From a virus (taxonomy: Duplodnaviria > Caudoviricetes), in IMG/VR virus record IMGVR_UViG_3300032301_000880, positions 1 through 59,452 of that record: a DNA stretch of 59,452 nt, one strand, 5' to 3'. A program made the translations under genes and the position numbers. Below the pieces are notes generated by a model. The model did no database searches and was not told where the DNA came from. It saw only the letters and a list, made by a program, of their open reading frames with translations. Of this stretch, positions 30,505 to 39,065 are shown in pieces. Numbering within the stretch: the stretch's first letter is position 1; every line of letters starts with the position of its first letter.

Positions 30505-30935
30505 AGGAGGACAAAACAATCCCTTCCCCGATTAAGGGGGGATTTGTCTTGTCCTGAGAGGTGTAACATTCGTCACATGAGTTCCCCGTCGTCAGACCCC
30601 AAACCCTGTTAGACCATGTTTAGGTGCGGTGATTCTCTGTTTTAAAGAGTCTTCGCCTATAACCGCCCAGTGTGTTTCCACACTTACAATTCAGTCCCAG
30701 TCTGCTTGCTCCTGATTACTGGGTTAGTTTCGCTCAATGCTCAGTTAGGAAAGTACGCCCCACATTGTGCTATCTGATTTGTCTTTAACGAGATAAAAAA
30801 GAAAAGCCTCGATTGAGTTAACAATCAAGGCTTTAAACATAGTTTAAGACCGGGAAGAAGGTGAAAACAAAACTATATGCTCTTACACGTTTTTTTTAAA
30901 CCTTCTTCCCAAAAGGCGTTAGCTCAACGGCACAA
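30505..30935 (-). ncRNA. Putative structured non-coding RNA / attenuator region
   Basis: No credible ORF. Several hairpins: GGGAAGAAGGT/ACCTTCTTCCC, AAAGCCT..AGGCTTT with U tract, GTGTG-GAAA-CACAC, CCCAGT/ACTGGG and AGGACAA/TTGTCCT. Confidence 0.45.
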
Positions 30936-31058
30936 AGTAAAACAACCCGTTTTTAAAAAGCAAGAAGTTTTTTATTTTTTTTTCTGAACCGCTCTCTATT
31001 TTATTTTTTTGCGGGTTTTTGTAACCTTTTCTCTGGGAATGCGTATAGTATAATAGGT

Positions 31059-31229
31059 ATGAACAAGAAGCTATTAAAAAGAATTGAGCAACTTTTTACA
31101 GAAAGGTTGAAAGCAAAAACCGGATGGGGGAGAAACGAAGTCCTGCAAGCCTACAAAGATTGCTTCAATGAGGCTATCAGTGAGATTCTACTTCCTTTGC
31201 TGGATGAGAAAACAAGCCCAAATGATTAA
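31059..31229 (+). CDS. Small hypothetical protein (56 aa)
   Basis: MNKKLLKRIEQLF...KTGWGRNE..., translated by hand, directly after TGTAAC-N16-CGTA (31020-31045). Confidence 0.6.
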   Translation: MNKKLLKRIEQLFTERLKAKTGWGRNEVLQAYKDCFNEAISEILLPLLDEKTSPND

Positions 31230-31250
31230 TTTTAGGGGCGGAATCCATCC

Positions 31251-31766
31251 ATGACAGCATCACGTAACGCTTGGACTAAGAAACTAACAGGCAAAGCCCT
31301 TTCTACAAAAAGCAAATACGGGAACGTCCGTGTTGGCTCCCATGATTCTAAATTAGAGATTTACTTTAAATCCCTTCTGGTAAATGCTGGGATTCCTTTC
31401 TTGGAGAAACAAAGTGTTGAACTCCAGCCCCCGTTTACCTATATGGGAGAAAAGGTTCAATCAATAAAAATAGAGCCGGATTTCTTTATCTATGCAGAAC
31501 CAGGAGATGTTCTACTGGATTGTTTTGCTATCGTGGATACCAAACACATAACAGGTAAGGTAAAGAATAAAGATGGTTCAGTAAAAGAAATTAAAGGCAC
31601 TGCCGAGTGGAGGATGAAAATAAAAATGCTGAAACATAGGCTCGCACAAGATGAGGAATCTATCCTCTTTTATTTCCCTACCAATAAAAAAGAATGCCAG
31701 ATAGTACTCCTAAAGCTAATTGAAGAAAGACAGAAGGCTTTGGAGAACCGCCCGACAAAACAATAA
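31251..31766 (+). CDS. DUF1064-like PD-(D/E)XK endonuclease
   Basis: SKYGN...HDSKLE, QSVELQPPF, PDF, VDTK and KIKML. Confidence 0.75.
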   Translation: MTASRNAWTKKLTGKALSTKSKYGNVRVGSHDSKLEIYFKSLLVNAGIPFLEKQSVELQPPFTYMGEKVQSIKIEPDFFIYAEPGDVLLDCFAIVDTKHITGKVKNKDGSVKEIKGTAEWRMKIKMLKHRLAQDEESILFYFPTNKKECQIVLLKLIEERQKALENRPTKQ

Positions 31767-31798
31767 ATCAGGGGTTACAAAGACAAAGATATTTTAAC

Positions 31799-32719
31799 AT
31801 GGAAGAAGCAAAAACAAATACCCCTACCATTAACATAGCCCTTGTTTCCGGAGGGAAAGACAGTCAAGCTGTTGCTATTTGGGCTAAAAAAACCCTCGAA
31901 AACGTTATTTATTTAAACTGCGATACGGAATGGGAGGATGAGGTTACTTATGAGTTTTTAAACGAATTTGAAAACAAGCTGGGCGAAAAGATAATAAGAT
32001 TAACAAGTATGGGATTTGAAAATCTGACAAGAAAGAAAGGCAGGTTCGCCTCTACAAAAGCAAAGTTTTGTACTGAAGAGTTAAAAATAAAGCCCACAAT
32101 AGATTTTATATTGAGTTTAGAAGGCAATGTTAATATATATCAAGGCATTCGATGGGAAGAAAGCACGAACAGAGCATCCATGAATAAGTCAGAGGATTAT
32201 TTTAAATATTACTTTGAGTCTTATGGATTTGACAAAAAAGGTAAACCTAAACGATATTCTTATCGAAAAAAAGATATAGTCTTGTGGCTAAAAAAATATT
32301 TTTGTTTTGCAGTGAGGCCAATTATTAGCTGGTCTACAAAGGAGGTTTTTGAATACATTATTGATAATGGATATATGCCAAACAAGCTTTATCAATATGG
32401 ATTTACACGGGTTGGATGTTTCCCTTGTATTATGTGTTCGCTGGATGAAGTTGCTAAGATTGCGGAATACAGACCTGAGAAAGTAGAGTATATTAAAAAA
32501 CTTGAAATAGAATTAGGGACAACTTTTTTCCCACCAAATTATATTCCAGTCAGGTTTTGTAGTAGAAAAATCAGAAAGATTGATAAAGAAACTAAGCAAC
32601 CAGTAATAGTGGGCATCCCTTCAATTGCGGATGTGATTAATTATGTTCAATCTAAAGGGTATGGCTCTGGGTTATTTGTTGGGTCGCACTGCCAAAACCC
32701 TATGTTGCCTTGCGAGTAA
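31799..32719 (+). CDS. PAPS reductase-like protein
   Basis: VSGGKDS, CDTEWE, KFCTEELKIKP, GIRWEES, RPIISWS and RVGCFPC. Confidence 0.85.
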   Translation: MEEAKTNTPTINIALVSGGKDSQAVAIWAKKTLENVIYLNCDTEWEDEVTYEFLNEFENKLGEKIIRLTSMGFENLTRKKGRFASTKAKFCTEELKIKPTIDFILSLEGNVNIYQGIRWEESTNRASMNKSEDYFKYYFESYGFDKKGKPKRYSYRKKDIVLWLKKYFCFAVRPIISWSTKEVFEYIIDNGYMPNKLYQYGFTRVGCFPCIMCSLDEVAKIAEYRPEKVEYIKKLEIELGTTFFPPNYIPVRFCSRKIRKIDKETKQPVIVGIPSIADVINYVQSKGYGSGLFVGSHCQNPMLPCE

Positions 32720-32778
32720 CCGCCCAGCAAAACAATAAATCAGGGGTTACGTATAACCCAGAGAACAAATAATAGGAA

Positions 32779-33552
32779 ATGGCAGAAGCATTCGTTTTAA
32801 GGGCGGTATCCATTCCCGAAATAAAAAAAGCAGGGTATGTACAGAAGCGCATAACCAAGTTAGACGCATCCTTAATCCGTACCGGCAAGAAGAAGCAGTT
32901 CATATTCTCTGATCCCGAACTGGGCAAGCAGAACAAAAAAGACTTCTTAGGATTTGTCAACTGCCCAGTAACGAAACGAGTACTGCATGGCAATATCGTC
33001 AACGCTAAATTAAAAAGTGGATGGTACGCTCAGTTCTCCAGCAACTCTGAATGGGGGAATTACGTCGCCTGCCGTGCCGGATACGTGGGTCAGTACATAG
33101 CCTTATACGAAGATTACTACGTCAACCAGTTTGGGATATCCGTGCCTAAAAGCTCAGATACGTCCCCCGTTCATGCTATGAGCCAGCCTATCACCAGCGT
33201 GGAGTTATGGGCTAAGATAGTCCGTATGGACGTAGTACGCATCCAAGATATTACAATACAGGATTACTTAGATAACGGACTGGATATGCAGAAAGACTAT
33301 TACGACAAAGTAATATTCCGGAACTATAAGTTTACAGAAACAATGAGGAAGCGGATTCAGTCAGGGTACTACGATAAAAAGAAACTGCCGGAACCTAAAG
33401 AGTGGTTGGACACGTATAAAGAATCGTTTGCCTCCTACTGGTCTAAAGGAAGGAAAGAAGTGTATTTGGGGTCTAATGACTGGGTGTGGAGAGCAGAGGT
33501 GCAAGCGTGCGTATTATTAATTCCGCCGACAAAAAGAATCAAAGAGGGGTGA
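32779..33552 (+). CDS. Phage ASCH/PUA-related protein
   Basis: SPVHAM...WAKIVRMDVVRIQDIT...FASYW...NDWVWRAE matches the 'VERLQDI...NPWVWV' phage family. Confidence 0.5.
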   Translation: MAEAFVLRAVSIPEIKKAGYVQKRITKLDASLIRTGKKKQFIFSDPELGKQNKKDFLGFVNCPVTKRVLHGNIVNAKLKSGWYAQFSSNSEWGNYVACRAGYVGQYIALYEDYYVNQFGISVPKSSDTSPVHAMSQPITSVELWAKIVRMDVVRIQDITIQDYLDNGLDMQKDYYDKVIFRNYKFTETMRKRIQSGYYDKKKLPEPKEWLDTYKESFASYWSKGRKEVYLGSNDWVWRAEVQACVLLIPPTKRIKEG

Positions 33553-33597
33553 AAACACCTAATCGAACAAAATAGGGGGCGGTATCGTAAAAGAACC

Positions 33598-33741
33598 ATG
33601 TGGATTATTTGTCCTATATGCAAGGGGAAGAAAGACCCTTATTGCAAGTCTTGTAACAACAAAGGGCTTCTTAACGCCCTAACGGGGAAACCCCCTGAAT
33701 CAATAGCTTTCACCCCTAAAGAGAAGAAGAAAGATGCCTAA
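33598..33741 (+). CDS. Small zinc-finger protein (47 aa)
   Basis: MWIICPICKGKKDPYCKSCNNKG (CxxCxG...CxxCxxxG), after the promoter at 33564-33589. Confidence 0.6.
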   Translation: MWIICPICKGKKDPYCKSCNNKGLLNALTGKPPESIAFTPKEKKKDA

Positions 33742-34348
33742 CATACAGTTTTTCAATACCGATTGCGTGGAGTTTATGAAATCTTTACCCGATAATTACT
33801 ACGACCTTTGCATAGTTGATCCGCCTTATGGGATGCCAAAAGGTAGCACGCACGGGAGAGGCAAATTAAAAAACAGAATTTTGAATAATGGAGGTCTTGA
33901 AAATTGGGATATTAAACCCGATTCCGAATATTTTGCAGAATTGAAAAGGATTTCTAAAAATCAAATCATTTGGGGTGGCAATTACTTTCCGTTACCACCA
34001 ACCAGATGTATTATTTGCTGGGATAAGGTGCAACCGTGGGAAAACTTTTCACAAGTAGAATTAGCTTGGACTTCATTTGATAGCCCTGCACAACTTTACA
34101 GATATGATAATAGAACTGGCGATAAAATTCACCCTACTCAAAAGCCAATTAAACTTTACCGCTGGCTTTTACAGAAGTACGCTAAGCAAGGGGATAAGAT
34201 ACTGGACACACACGGAGGGAGTATGAGTTCGGCCATTGCGTGCGACATGGAGGGCTTTGATTTAGATATCTGCGAAATTGATTTAGATTATTTTGAAGCA
34301 GGCAAAAAGCGATTTGCAACGTACAAACAGCAACAACAATTATTCTAA
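33734..34348 (+). CDS. DNA adenine methyltransferase (beta class)
   Basis: DPPYG, WGGNYF, HPTQKP and DTHGGSMS. Confidence 0.9.
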   Translation: MPNIQFFNTDCVEFMKSLPDNYYDLCIVDPPYGMPKGSTHGRGKLKNRILNNGGLENWDIKPDSEYFAELKRISKNQIIWGGNYFPLPPTRCIICWDKVQPWENFSQVELAWTSFDSPAQLYRYDNRTGDKIHPTQKPIKLYRWLLQKYAKQGDKILDTHGGSMSSAIACDMEGFDLDICEIDLDYFEAGKKRFATYKQQQQLF

Positions 34349-34350
34349 AG

Positions 34351-35742
34351 ATGCTCCTAACTAAAGGCGACCCACATAATGAGAAGTTAGAAGAAACAGC
34401 GATAGGGATATTTATCTCGGAGGCTGGCACCTTTAAAAAGAACTATGCCTCCTTAAACGAAGGCTTATTCCATACGCTGAGGCTAAAGAAGATTTACACT
34501 GCCTTACAATCCCTGTACAATGCAGACGCTCCTATTGACAAGCTATCCGTAATTGACCAGCTACGCAAGCAAGGGGACTTGGAATACGTAAGTATGTCCT
34601 ACGTTACTTTTTTAGAGTATAGCCCTGTTCAGTCTGGGAGTATCGAATACTCTATCCAACTGCTAAAAGAGTGGCAGATAAAAAGGGAATCCTACCAGTT
34701 CTCCCTTGAGCTAAACCAGAATAGTGCATCCGACACCTATGACCCCTTAGAGTTAATTGAGCGAATTGAATCATTTCACAAGAAGCTAAATGATATCCTG
34801 ACAACGGGGAGTATGAGTGGCGTTAAGACGCTCAAGCAGGTGTATATAGAAACCGCCGTCTATTTGAATAAAATAGCCTTATCCAAGGAGGGTATGATGG
34901 GGGTGTCAACGGGATATCCAGAACTGGATGCTGCGTTGGCAGGATGGAAAAAGGGGGATTTGGTTGTTATTGCTGGACGACCAGGCATGGGTAAAACCGC
35001 CTTTACGGTTAATTCATTGTATAGGGCGGCGGTATTCTATAAAAAGAAAGTTCTCTTCGTATCCTTAGAAATGTCCAACGAGCAAATAGGAGTAAGACAA
35101 ATCTCCATGCAAACGGGCATCAACAGCAAAACATTACAGCTCCCCAAGCAAATAACAACCCAGGAGTGGCAGAGAATACAACGGGGAGAAGCCGGAAGCG
35201 GTCAGGAGAACTTCTTAATCTACACCCCTAAGCACAGTAACCCTTCCGTGCTAATGGCTGAAATACGTTCCCTTGTCCATAAGCACGGAATCGAAGCCGT
35301 GGCAGTTGACTACTTACAGCTCCTTTCTTTCTCAAGCAAGAAAAGTACGACAGATGCTATTGGAGAAGCAACTAAGGGATTCAAGAATTTGGCAAAAGAA
35401 CTGGAAGTCCCTATCTTGCTTCTTTCCCAGCTCAACAGAAACAATGAGGAACGTACCGACAAAGAACCTAAGTTATCAGACCTCAGAGCTTCAGGAGATA
35501 TTGAACAAGATGCGGATACCGTTCTTATGTTGCACCGCCCCGAATATTATAAAATAGACGCTTTCATGGATTCCGGAGAATCAACGAAGGGGATAGCCCA
35601 AGTGCTAATCCGTAAAGGAAGGCAAAGCGGTACGGGAGAAGTAAGGCTCAACTGGCAAGAAACCAATACAGTGTTCTATGGACAAGGAGAAACATCAAGT
35701 GTGTACTACCAACCAGGAGGCGAGAGTGAAATCCCATTCTAA
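34351..35742 (+). CDS. dnaB: Replicative DNA helicase
   Basis: GRPGMGKT, SLEMS, VDYLQL, LSQLNR and DLRASGDIEQDAD. Confidence 0.95.
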   Translation: MLLTKGDPHNEKLEETAIGIFISEAGTFKKNYASLNEGLFHTLRLKKIYTALQSLYNADAPIDKLSVIDQLRKQGDLEYVSMSYVTFLEYSPVQSGSIEYSIQLLKEWQIKRESYQFSLELNQNSASDTYDPLELIERIESFHKKLNDILTTGSMSGVKTLKQVYIETAVYLNKIALSKEGMMGVSTGYPELDAALAGWKKGDLVVIAGRPGMGKTAFTVNSLYRAAVFYKKKVLFVSLEMSNEQIGVRQISMQTGINSKTLQLPKQITTQEWQRIQRGEAGSGQENFLIYTPKHSNPSVLMAEIRSLVHKHGIEAVAVDYLQLLSFSSKKSTTDAIGEATKGFKNLAKELEVPILLLSQLNRNNEERTDKEPKLSDLRASGDIEQDADTVLMLHRPEYYKIDAFMDSGESTKGIAQVLIRKGRQSGTGEVRLNWQETNTVFYGQGETSSVYYQPGGESEIPF

Positions 35743-35781
35743 TTCCGCCGACAAAAAGAATGGATTGCGGGTTTTGATTAT

Positions 35782-36830
35782 ATGAAACATATCGGGTTGT
35801 TTGAAGGGATAGGAGGTTTTTCATTGGCGGCACGTTGGATGGGATGGGAAACCGTTGCCTGGTGCGAATGGAATGAATTTGGACAAAAGGTTTTAAGACA
35901 TCACTTCCCGGAAGCGGAAGGATTTGGAGATATAACAAAAACAGATTTTACAAAATATGCAAACAGAATTGATATACTCACAGGAGGATTTCCCTGCCAA
36001 CCTTACTCACTTGCAGGAAAGCGAAAAGGAAAAGAAGATGACCGCCACCTCTGGCCGGAAATGCTTAGAGCAATTAGAGAAATTCGACCAAGTTGGGTTG
36101 TGGGCGAAAACGTTTTCGGCCTTATTAATTGGAATGGAGGGATGGTATTCGACGAAGCGCAAACTGACTTGGAAGCTGAAGGGTACGAAGTCTGGGCGTA
36201 TGTATTGCCAGCTTGTGCCGTTAACGCACCGCACAAAAGAGAGCGAATTTGGTTTGTTGCCTACCGTAACAAGTGTACAAAGGGATCATCCGGAAAGAGT
36301 AGAGAAATTAAAAGCATCGGGGCCAAAACAATGATGAGCAGGAACAACGGAGAGGAGAGGCCAAACAGTATAATAGATCACATGAATTTTTACGGAATTC
36401 TACCAACTCCAACAGGAATGGACGCAACGAATGCCACAGCAAACATGAAAAGCAGCCAAGTGAAACAGGGGAGTATGCACTCAATGACTTTAACGAGGTT
36501 ACTATGCACCCCAACGGCACAAGCGAGCAGAGGGAATACATCGGACAAACGAGGAAAAGGCAATTTGACGGACCAGATAGCAGAAATGGAATTAACAACT
36601 GGGAAAACTTCCCAACTCAATCCCCGATTTGTGGCGGAAATGATGGGCTTCCCGCCGAATTGGACGGAATTACCTTTCCAAAATGGAGAAACGAAAGTAT
36701 AAAAGCTTATGGGAACGCAATTGTTCCACAAGTAGCATTTCAGATTTTTAAAGCTATTGAGCGAATGAATGTTAACCACAAACCTGTAATCGAACAAAAA
36801 GAGGGGCGGGTTCGTACAAAGAGAAAATGA
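35782..36830 (+). CDS. dcm: C5-cytosine DNA methyltransferase locus with overlapping frames and a 1-nt frameshift near 36320
   Basis: LFEGIGG, GFPCQ, ENV and RERIW in 35782-36702. Motif X (KAYGNAIVPQV) is in 36504-36830, and an alternative-frame ORF spans 35957-36334. Confidence 0.85.
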
Positions 36831-37135
36831 AAAGATACTTCATCACCTTATTAAAAAAGATTTTCTGGCACTGGCAAATCTTCCAGAAGTACCAGAGCAT
36901 AGCCCGCAACCACGACCATTGGGTTTTGTTAATCGTTTCCCAGAAGGATGCCGCCAAGCTGATGGAGGAAGAGCCTCAAGCGATTAGTGTTGGTGTAATG
37001 AACAACATGAGTTCGCCAATACAAATGGAATTGTACCGAACCATGATTGAAACTACACGGGAGATAAAAAGAAAAGAGGTCGAAAAAATCCTGACAAACC
37101 TGCATTTGAACAAAAATGAGGGCGGGATACAATGA
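36827..37135 (+). CDS. Hypothetical protein
   Basis: 102-aa ORF after the promoter at 36791-36816. Confidence 0.6.
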   Translation: MKRYFITLLKKIFWHWQIFQKYQSIARNHDHWVLLIVSQKDAAKLMEEEPQAISVGVMNNMSSPIQMELYRTMIETTREIKRKEVEKILTNLHLNKNEGGIQ

Positions 37136-37509
37136 AGAAGAAAGAAAAGAACCCTGATATTCCCAGCATGACTTTATATGCTAAAGGAACAGTAGAGGTA
37201 CGTTCTCATAATAAAAGCATTGTTCTTTGCCCTACCAAAGCGGGCGAAGAGTTTATGTACACTGTCCAACTGAAGAGGGTCGCCAGAGAAGATGCCTACA
37301 AGCCAGCGTGCAGACACGAAGTGCTGAGAGATATTGTCAGGGAAACGACGATAGGGCTAACGGAAGCGTCCATAGAACGCCTGTTTGTAGCCCATATATT
37401 GTCCAAATACGGGGAAACGCAAGCCAAATTTGCGGCAATGTTTGTACAAACATTGAAATATTCCAATGAGGGGTATCCAGAATCCCAAGGGTCAGAAAAA
37501 AATAAATGA
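37132..37509 (+). CDS. Hypothetical protein
   Basis: 125-aa ORF with an ATGA overlap. Confidence 0.6.
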   Translation: MKKKEKNPDIPSMTLYAKGTVEVRSHNKSIVLCPTKAGEEFMYTVQLKRVAREDAYKPACRHEVLRDIVRETTIGLTEASIERLFVAHILSKYGETQAKFAAMFVQTLKYSNEGYPESQGSEKNK

Positions 37510-37755
37510 AATTAACTAAGAAAACCCCGAAATGATTGATTTTCGGGGCGGTTGCAGAACCAGAAAAGAAAGAAGAACACCAAGAGCCAGAACCAGCCAC
37601 ACCTCAACCCTTCTCCATAACAGAAGCCAGGTGGGACGCAACCCAACGAAACATAAACACGCTCTACGCAGAGATACAGAAAATAAACGAAAGCCTCAGA
37701 GGCATTAAGTAAAGACTAACCCAAGCGAGTTCGCATTTACGGGTATTATCAGTGG

Positions 37756-37785
37756 AAGGGGAGAGCAATCTCCCCTTAGCCTTTT
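37756..37785 (+). terminator. Terminator-like hairpin ending the plus-strand replication block
   Basis: AAGGGGAGA-GCAA-TCTCCCCTT followed by AGCCTTTT. Confidence 0.6.
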
Positions 37786-38149
37786 ATATTGATTCCGGAG
37801 CCGGTAGAGTCGAATCGAAAAACGAGCAGGAATAAACCTACCAGAAATGGCAGAATGGATTTAAGGCTATCCAAAATCCAAACAGCAATGCCACCATTTA
37901 AGAGAACCGCCACTATCTACCCAACACCAAACGCATATAATACCTATCCCATCCAATAACAAGAATCCAATACAACCAAGCCAATTCCATAGAACACTAT
38001 AAAATCCAATACCACCAAAAAAATCGTGACTAAGGTACCGATATATTAAAACCACCCCCACCCTAAAGCTGTTTATCTTGAAAAACCATTTTTTTTTGCC
38101 GTTTTGCCAGAAAAAATAGATTCCTTTTTTGTTTTTTTTGTGCGCTGAT

Positions 38150-38162
38150 TATCAATGAGTTA
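38150..38162 (+). promoter_or_regulatory. IHF-type binding box
   Basis: TATCAATGAGTTA matches WATCAANNNNTTR, 7 bp from the dif-like site. A near-copy TCTCAAGGGGTTA lies at ~38548. Confidence 0.5.
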
Positions 38163-38169
38163 CAAGTCT

Positions 38170-38197
38170 ACTTAACATAATATAAATTATAGGACAA
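38170..38197 (-). other. dif: XerCD dif-like recombination site
   Basis: Minus strand TTGTCCTATAA-TTTATA-TTATGTTAAGT (11-6-11). The right arm matches the E. coli XerD arm TTATGTTAAAT at 10/11. Confidence 0.75.
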
Positions 38198-38655
38198 AAA
38201 CATGATCCACTGGTTGAGCAGGGCAATTCCTGAAGCTGCACCGGTTGATCCTGTAAAGGGCTCGCTATATATATACTTTACTATACTCTATATTCTATGA
38301 TGAAATATGATGATGCTTAGGTGCGAAACATTCCTAAGTAAGAATTATTTTTATCTAATAGTCTTTGTTATCTGTGGTTGTGTGGTGGGGGTATTTTGGT
38401 TGTTTTGCACGGTTTTAGGGTTTGTGAGGTATATTATTATAGTAGTTATATACTGTTTGCTGGAGCGGGGATTTTAGGCTAAAAATGGGTAACGAATAGA
38501 TATTCGATATAATTTTTCCCGTTCGTGGTATAATTTTATTATATTGATTCTCAAGGGGTTACAAAAAAGGTTAAAATATTTGTTCTATATTTTGCCGTAA
38601 AATGTAGAACGTATTAAAAAGTTTCTTAATGTTGCATAAGATTTAAAACGAAAAA

Positions 38656-38985
38656 ATGCCAATTACAAAACGGCTAAGCGAACGGATTAACGATGAGACT
38701 TACAAAGCTTTAGTAAGTCAGGGTATCAAAGGGAATGAGGCGTTAATACTCATATACCAAGAGGAGACAGGGGCGAACGTCTTTAAAACGTTTATACAGT
38801 GGAAAGCAGAAGGAATGATGGTAAAAAAAGGTTCTGAAGGGTTCCCTGTGTTTTCCCGTTCAATAGGTAAGATCAAGGAGGAACAAGGGAAAGAGACTAA
38901 AGAAGGAGAAAATAGAATGTTTCGTACTGCTTACTTGTTTAATGAGTTACAAGTGGAGCCTTTGAATGTTAGGGAACCGGCCTAA
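38656..38985 (+). CDS. ArdC N-terminal-like ssDNA-binding protein
   Basis: FKTFIQWKAEGMMVKKGSEG...FRTAYLFNELQVE. First gene of the early block. Confidence 0.75.
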   Translation: MPITKRLSERINDETYKALVSQGIKGNEALILIYQEETGANVFKTFIQWKAEGMMVKKGSEGFPVFSRSIGKIKEEQGKETKEGENRMFRTAYLFNELQVEPLNVREPA

Positions 38986-38998
38986 AAAATATTCAAAT

Positions 38999-39054
38999 GC
39001 GGGTTTTCTGGTGAAATATTAGGGTTCGATTCTCTTAAACCTGCCTAACATTTA
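38999..39054 (+). ncRNA. tRNA-minihelix-like element 1 with CTAACATTTA leader
   Basis: GCGGGTTT/AAACCTGC stem and AGGG-TTCGATT-CTCT T-arm. Confidence 0.6.
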
Positions 39055-39065
39055 TTTACAACAAA

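Noticed and set aside
30227-30505. 92-aa plus-strand ORF
   Set aside because: It overlaps 29716-30339 and crosses low-complexity poly-T sequence, so it is probably spurious.
30505-30935. Group I/II intron, retron or omega-RNA assignment
   Set aside because: No RT, homing nuclease or IscB/TnpB gene is adjacent and no diagnostic domain was recognised. Left as an unassigned structured region.
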